From: Alphaproteobacteria bacterium | GTDB lineage: Bacteria > Pseudomonadota > Alphaproteobacteria > Bin95 | Direction of reading: 5' to 3' | Assembly: GCA_965205265.1 (NCBI GenBank) | Contig: CBDBGH010000003.1 | Coordinates: forward strand, 4,608,001-4,672,000 | Length of the DNA: 64,000 nucleotides | The notes under the pieces: generated by a model | The model's database searches: none | What the model was told of the DNA's origin: nothing | What the model saw: only the letters and a program-made list of their open reading frames with translations | Made by a program: the position numbers and the translations under genes | Part shown: positions 56,470 through 64,000 of the stretch, piece after piece | How positions within the stretch are numbered: the first letter of the stretch is position 1 | Layout of the letters: every line of letters begins with the position of its first letter

Positions 56470-56736
56470 CGGCGCTATAGCGCGACAATCTGGGTGAGAG
56501 CCGCGCGTCAATCAGGATGAGATTCCCCGGCGGCATCGGCGAGTTGATGATTGTCGCGCGGGGCGCGGATTGCAAGCGGTTTCGGATTTTGATTGTCGCG
56601 GCGCGACAAACAAGGTTTTCGGAGAGCGTTTTGATTGTCGCGGGGGGGCCGTCGGGTCGGAGAAGAGACGGCCCGCGGAGGCGATTCCCGCGGGCCGTGA
56701 GTGTTGTGGCCGCTGGGCCGATCTGGCGGCAGCGGT

Positions 56737-59084
<2,348 letters not shown>

Positions 59085-59266
59085 CTACTCGGAAAAACGT
59101 CACCGTTCGCCCAGCCGACCGACCCCGCCAGAAGGTCCAGGAAAAATTTTTTGAGGCGGCGGCCCGGAACTCCGGTCGGGCTACGCCCTCCCTCCGTTCC
59201 GGGCCGCCGCCTTCCCCCGTCTCATCCTGATTGTCGCCAGCGTCTCAAGCTGATTGTCGCGCCGCA

Positions 59267-59935
59267 CGGCTCGTAGCGCGACGGCTTTATCACCGCCGGC
59301 TTGATGTTGTCGGGCACCACGACCGGTGGCGCCCAGCCCATGTCCTCGAAGCAGCGCACGTGCGAGGCGCACCAGTCGTCGATCTTCTGGCTCAGCGTCG
59401 CCTCGGCGTAGAGCCGGCCCGAGACACCCATCGAGGCGATGAACACCTGCGCCTCGTGCTCCACGCGGTCGATCAGGACCGGCACCGTCATGCCGGCGTA
59501 ATCGACGAACAGCCGCTCGCCGGGACGGCGGTTCTGGCGCATCGTCACGCCCCGCCGCGGCCGCCAGTCGCGGAACCGGCGGCACCAGGTGACGTAGCTC
59601 ATGCCGTCGGGATGCGTCTCGCGCCATTCCTCCCACAGCAGCTTCAGCGTCATGCCGCGCCCGGACAGGTCCTTCTCGACCTTCGCCCAGTCCACATCCT
59701 CTGCCGGCACGTCCTGCCGAGCGGGCGGATAGAGCGCCGCCTCCAGGGCCTCCTCGCCCAGCTCGCGGGCCTCCGGCCAGCTCAGGTCCGAGGCGTCGAA
59801 CCGCTCCACCAGGAGCGCCACCGAGCGCCGCGCGATGCCGCAGTGCGCCGCGATAGCCCGCGCGCTGCGTCCCTCGTCGAAATGATACGCAAGTACCTTC
59901 TTCACCTTCCTCATCGGCAGCCTTCCCCGTGCCAT
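59267..59935 (-). pseudogene. istA: IstA (element A), N-terminal fragment
   Basis: MARGRLPMRKVKKVL HTH, LLWEEW, VDYAG, VPDNIK..V.KPSRYEP, then interrupted. Confidence 0.9.
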
Positions 59936-60140
59936 CCCATACCTCTCGGATCGATCGCGAAAATCCGAGGCGTAGGACGGCTCCCTGAGTCGTTCCAAAA
60001 ATCGCCGCCCCCGAGGGGTGGCTACTTTGGTGACACCGGGTGGCTACTTTGAGTGATATTGGATGGCTACTTTGCGTGAAACTCGGTGGCTACTTTGCTG
60101 ATACTCCGCACCCCTCGTCCCGGTGCGCGACGGAAGCACT

Positions 60141-61594
60141 CTACAGGCGCTCGCGCACAGCGTTGGCGACCGCCTCGGCCGTGATGCCGAAGTGGCCGTA
60201 GAGCGCTTTGTGAGGCGCGGACGCGCCGAAGCCCGTCATGCCGATCACGCCGCCGTTGTCACCTACCATGGCGGACCAGCCGAAGGTCGAGGCTGCCTCG
60301 ACGGCGACGACGGCCGTGGTGCGGTCGATCACCGATGCGTGGTAGGCGTCGCCCTGGGCCGAGAAGAGCTCCCACGACGGCATCGACACGACCCGGGTTC
60401 CAACCCCCTCCGCCTGGAGGATGTCGCGGGCGGCGATCGCGACCTCGACCTCCGAGCCGCTGGCCAGCACGGTCGCCCGGCAGTCGCCGCAGGCCTCGCG
60501 CAGGACGTAGGCGCCCCGCGCGCAGAGGTTGTCGTCGGCCGCCTCGGTCCGCGCTTGGGACACGGCCTGGCGGGTCAGCGCGATCACCGACGGAGTCCGT
60601 CGTGCGGCCAGCGCCAGCTCCCAGCACTCGGCGGTTTCCACCGCGTCCGCCGGGCGGAACACGTTCAGGTTGGGAATCGCCCGCAGGCTCGCGAGATGCT
60701 CGACCGGCTGGTGCGTCGGGCCGTCTTCGCCCAGCCCGATCGAATCGTGGGTCATGACGAAGATGACGCGCAGCCCCATGAGCGCGGCCAGGCGGATGGA
60801 CGGGCGACAGTAGTCGGTGAAGACCAGGAAGGTGCCACCGTAGGGAATCACGCCGCCGTGGAGCGCCATGCCGTTCATGATCGCGGCCATGGCGTGCTCG
60901 CGCACGCCGTAACGGACGTAGGAGCCGCCGTAGTCGTCCGCAGCGATGTCCTTCATGGGCTTCGTGCGCGTATTGTTCGAGCCGGTCAGATCCGCCGAGC
61001 CGCCGACCATGGCGGGCAGGGCCGCGGTCAGCACGTCGAGCGTCAGTTCGCTCGCCTTGCGCGTGGCGACCGCTCGCGGCTCGTCGATCAGCGAGGCGAT
61101 ATGGCGGGCGACGGCCTCGCGCACTGGCCCCGACACGTCTCCGGTGATCCTGCCCAGAAACGCCTCGCGCAGGTCGTCATCGCACGCTGCCAGCCTCTCC
61201 TCCCACGTCCTCCTGGCTGCGGCGCCGCGCGCGCCGGCCGCGCGCCAGGCCGCAACGATGTCGTCGGGCAGGACAAACGGCGCGTGCGTCCAGTCCAGTT
61301 CGATGCGTGCGGCGGCGACCTCATCGGTCCCCAGGGCCGCGCCGTGGGCGGCAGCGGTGCCCTGCTTGTTGGGCGCACCGAAGCCGATGGTCGTCCGACA
61401 GGCGATGAAACTGGGCCGGTCACTTCCTTGGGCGCGTTCGAGCGCCGCCGCGACGGCCGCGCTGTTGTGTCCGTCGACTCGTTCGATGGCCCAGCCGTAG
61501 GCTTCGAACCGCTTGAGCGTGTCGTCGGATTCGGCAAGCGACGTGAGGCCGTCGATCGAGACGCTGTTGTCGTCGAAGAGCACGATCAGGCGGT
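60141..61594 (-). pseudogene. tkt: transketolase lacking its N-terminus (interrupted by IS21-C)
   Basis: RLIVLFDDN, HGAALG, GSADL, YGVREHAM, THDSIGLGEDGPTHQP, FGASAP. The N-terminal part with the GDG thiamine-diphosphate motif is absent. Confidence 0.88.
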
Positions 61595-61688
61595 TGTTAG
61601 CGACGGTTAGGAAGGGCGTTTATTTGCTGGCGCGGAACGGCCGGTTTGTGCGGCTTGCGAGCAGCGTCGCATGGGTTAGGTGTTGCGT

Positions 61689-62582
61689 TCATCTGATTGG
61701 GCGGTCATCGGTTTCGAGCGGCTCGCCGTCGCGGTCACGGATGAGCATGTCGTTCCAGTCCTGGTTTTCGAGGGCCGGTCGCATTCGGACGATTCTTGTG
61801 TCGTTGTCTTGCATGCGGCGGGCGGCGTGATCGCCGTATCGTGTAGCGTCCCAGGCACAGAAGATACGGCGCGGGTTCCAGGCCTCGACCCATTTGGGGA
61901 TTCTGGCCGTGATGGCGCCGGTGGAGACGACGGCGCATTTGCTGCGTTTTTCCGGGACGAGGTGGAGGGAGAGGATCGACAGGGCGTCGAGGGCGCTGCC
62001 GGTGAGGATGACGGTGCCGGGCCAGTCGGGCTCCCATGACATCCAGAAGCCGCCGTCTGCGGCCGGCTCCTGCGCTGCGGGGAGGGTCTCTATGCCGACC
62101 ACCTTGCTGGCGGCGTTTCGGCGGAGGAACACGGGATTGCCGCGCCGGTCGGCACGGATCAGGCCGAGGCCTCGGCATAGCTCGACGAGCGCGTCGGCGA
62201 GGCCGCGCTGCTCGATGAGGTATTGCCGCAGCGCCGGCCAGCGAGGGTCCTGGCACGAGGGCTCCGCCTCACAGCGACTGTTCGGGAGCCGTGAGTGGCG
62301 CGGCAGTTGGGCGAGGAAGTCGAGGGCTTCGGTCGTTGGGCATCCGAGCGCATGAACCGCCAGCTGGATGGCCCCGGCGCCTCCCTCTCCGCGCAGATGG
62401 TCGTAGAACATGAAGCGGTTGATGGAGAGGACCGAACCGGCTCGTCTCCAGCGCGCGGCATCGGCGGGATCGCGGCGATAGCCGAGGGCGTGGACCACGT
62501 CTTCGAGGGGGCAGCTTCGCAGCCCCTCGGCCCGCAGGCGGCGATCCCATGGATGCAGATGCTGCACGGCTGGCTCAGGCAT
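61689..62582 (-). CDS. DUF3991/Toprim primase-like passenger protein
   Basis: GGAGAIQL...EALDFL (primase N-terminal-like), YLIEQRGL...[10 protein letters not shown] (DUF3991-like), [22 protein letters not shown] (Toprim-like). ATG overlaps the istB stop. Confidence 0.7.
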   Translation of the reverse strand: MPEPAVQHLHPWDRRLRAEGLRSCPLEDVVHALGYRRDPADAARWRRAGSVLSINRFMFYDHLRGEGGAGAIQLAVHALGCPTTEALDFLAQLPRHSRLPNSRCEAEPSCQDPRWPALRQYLIEQRGLADALVELCRGLGLIRADRRGNPVFLRRNAASKVVGIETLPAAQEPAADGGFWMSWEPDWPGTVILTGSALDALSILSLHLVPEKRSKCAVVSTGAITARIPKWVEAWNPRRIFCAWDATRYGDHAARRMQDNDTRIVRMRPALENQDWNDMLIRDRDGEPLETDDRPIR

Positions 62583-63360
62583 CCCCCGTGTCTTGCGCCG
62601 TGCTCTTGCCCGCTCCTTTTGCCGATCGCCGCCGGCGGCGATCGGCGCTGCGCTGCTTCTGGCGTTCCTCGGCCTCCTTGCGGCGGTATGAGTCGCCGTC
62701 GATGGCGAGGATCTCGGCATTGTGGACGAGCCGGTCGACAAGGGCCACGAGGCAGGCGGCGTTGGGGAAGGCCTCGCTCCACTCGGCGAAGGGGCGGTTT
62801 GTGGTGATGATGGTGGAGCGCTGCTGGCTGCGGCTTGAGACGATATTGAACAGCAGGTCGGCATGACGGTTGGAGTAGGAGAGATATCCGACTTCGTCGA
62901 TGACCAGGAGGTGCTGGCGGGCGTAGAAGCGCAGCCTGCGCTGGAGCATTGTGTCGGAGTCGATGGCGGCGAGCTCGCCGAGCAGGCTGGCGGCGGTTGC
63001 GAAGCGCACGGTGTGGCCTTCGAGGACGGCGCGGTGTGCGATATTGGCGGCGATTGTGGACTTGCCGACGCCGTTGGGGCCGATGAGGACGACATTGGCG
63101 CCCTCGCGGAGGAAGTTGAGGGTCATGAGGTCCTCGACGGCCATGCGGTCGCATCGCCTTGGCCAGTCCCAGTCGAAGTCGGCGAGCGGCTTGAACTGTC
63201 CGAGGCGGGCGGCGGTGAGGCGTCGCCTGAGGCTTCGGCTTCGCCTCTCTTCCTCTTCCCATGCGATCAGGGGCGGGAGCCAGTCGCGCTCCGCAACCTC
63301 GCTCCAGTGGGCGAGGAGGCCGTGCAGTCCGAGCGCCGTGGCGCGGTCCTTGAGGGTCAT
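62575..63360 (-). CDS. istB: IS21 helper ATPase IstB (element C)
   Basis: [35 protein letters not shown]. Confidence 0.95.
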   Translation of the reverse strand: MTLKDRATALGLHGLLAHWSEVAERDWLPPLIAWEEEERRSRSLRRRLTAARLGQFKPLADFDWDWPRRCDRMAVEDLMTLNFLREGANVVLIGPNGVGKSTIAANIAHRAVLEGHTVRFATAASLLGELAAIDSDTMLQRRLRFYARQHLLVIDEVGYLSYSNRHADLLFNIVSSRSQQRSTIITTNRPFAEWSEAFPNAACLVALVDRLVHNAEILAIDGDSYRRKEAEERQKQRSADRRRRRSAKGAGKSTAQDTGDA

Positions 63361-64000
63361 TCTTCGCTGTCCTCCTCGTGGTGGCTTGCGAGCCCGTCGT
63401 ATCCGCCGAGGTCGTGATCGCGGACCGCGATATCGCGCAGTCTTGGATCGCCGGGCAGGTCGATGGGGATGGGTGGTGGCTCGTTGCGCTGTTCGCGCCG
63501 CCGGTTCAGGCTGAAGCGCACCGCATTGGGATGGGGGACGCCGCGCTCAAGGGCTTCATCGATGGCGGCTTCGAGTTCGACGGCTCCGTAGTCGTCGAGC
63601 AGGCGCAGCAGGGAGGCGACGGTTGTGCCGATATTGCCGCCGCGCCTGGCGGTCTCGGCAAGCAGGCGCTCGCTGTCGGGGGCGGCCTGGAGAAGGCGGC
63701 TCTGCCCGCGCAGGCGGTGGGCGTGACGTTTGAGCCTGACCAGCTCCTCGATGTGCTCGGGGGTCTCGATGCGGGCCGCCTTGTCGAAGCTGCGCGGATG
63801 ACGGGCGACGGTGTCGGCGCCGTCGAGGATGCGTACCTCCTCCAGTGTCGCGACCACGGTGAGGGTGCGCCGCGTATGGGTATGCGGGACGCTATAGTCA
63901 TTGAGGTCGAACCTGGCGTAGGGGGTCTTGCCGATCCTGACCTCGACCCTCTCGTCGACGGGGGGCCGGTCGTCGGGCAGCGCCATCAGGGAGCCGCGCT
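63357..64000 (-). CDS. istA: IS21 transposase IstA (element C), C-terminal part; 5' end outside the window
   Basis: KTPYARFDLNDYSVP, H.RSFD, L..LLD.YG..EL..AI.EAL; overlaps the istB start. Confidence 0.85.
   Translation of the reverse strand, partial: RGSLMALPDDRPPVDERVEVRIGKTPYARFDLNDYSVPHTHTRRTLTVVATLEEVRILDGADTVARHPRSFDKAARIETPEHIEELVRLKRHAHRLRGQSRLLQAAPDSERLLAETARRGGNIGTTVASLLRLLDDYGAVELEAAIDEALERGVPHPNAVRFSLNRRREQRNEPPPIPIDLPGDPRLRDIAVRDHDLGGYDGLASHHEEDSEE

Larger units (their letters stand above)
61595..64000 (-). mobile_element. IS21 family element C with passenger gene (left end beyond the window)
   Basis: tkt similarity stops at a TG-initiated end (TGTTAGCGACGG...) at 61595; contains istA, istB and a third gene. 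Confidence 0.75.

Noticed and set aside
59155-59211. Strong hairpin GGCGGCGGCCCGGAAC...GTTCCGGGCCGCCGCC as a standalone ncRNA
   Set aside because: It lies inside the IS21-B left end upstream of istA and is more simply explained as part of the IS.
60018-60097. Four GTGGCTACTTTG repeats resembling a mini-CRISPR or iteron array
   Set aside because: The period is 22-23 bp with ~10-bp spacers, inverted copies occur at 54567/54589, and no cas genes are present. These are IS21 terminal repeats.
61689-63095. 468-aa version of the Toprim-like ORF, or an IstB fusion
   Set aside because: The upstream 171 codons are low-complexity off-frame istB sequence. No slippery site was noticed, and ATG 62582 is the coupled start.

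Overview
This is a high-GC alphaproteobacterial chromosome segment; Rhodospirillales-like affinity is inferred from gene content and order. Positions 1-47.7 kb are mostly housekeeping and catabolic genes: rlmH-ctpA-rppH, tesA/ybbAP-type genes, tandem SDRs, a phnGHIJKLM-phnZ-like-phnN C-P lyase operon, rhodanese-TauD-CoA transferase, maeB, LLM and PPOX oxidoreductases, moeB, upp, amidase and adenine deaminase. This part also holds a putative RHH/nucleotidyltransferase toxin-antitoxin pair, a 2045-aa autotransporter-like protein with 16 fibronectin-III repeats, REP-like palindromes and an IS1595-type MITE. Two divergent tRNA-Leu genes flank ubiD, and both appear to be integration sites. tRNA-Leu(CAA) opens a genomic island that runs off the window: tyrosine integrase, IS66, an IS21 with a second IS21 nested in its istA, a truncated transketolase, and a third IS21 carrying a catalytically degenerate DUF3991/Toprim-like passenger. 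The most unusual observations are (i) an exact 17-bp copy of the tRNA-Leu(CAA) 3' end in inverted orientation beyond the other tRNA, with mirror-image integrase-arm motifs 105 bp from each tRNA, implying an inverted or invertible tRNA-ubiD-tRNA segment; (ii) the three-gene IS21 with a Toprim-like passenger; and (iii) the toxin-antitoxin-like nucleotidyltransferase with a D-to-Y change in its DxD motif. All calls come from reading the sequence by eye; no database searches were run.
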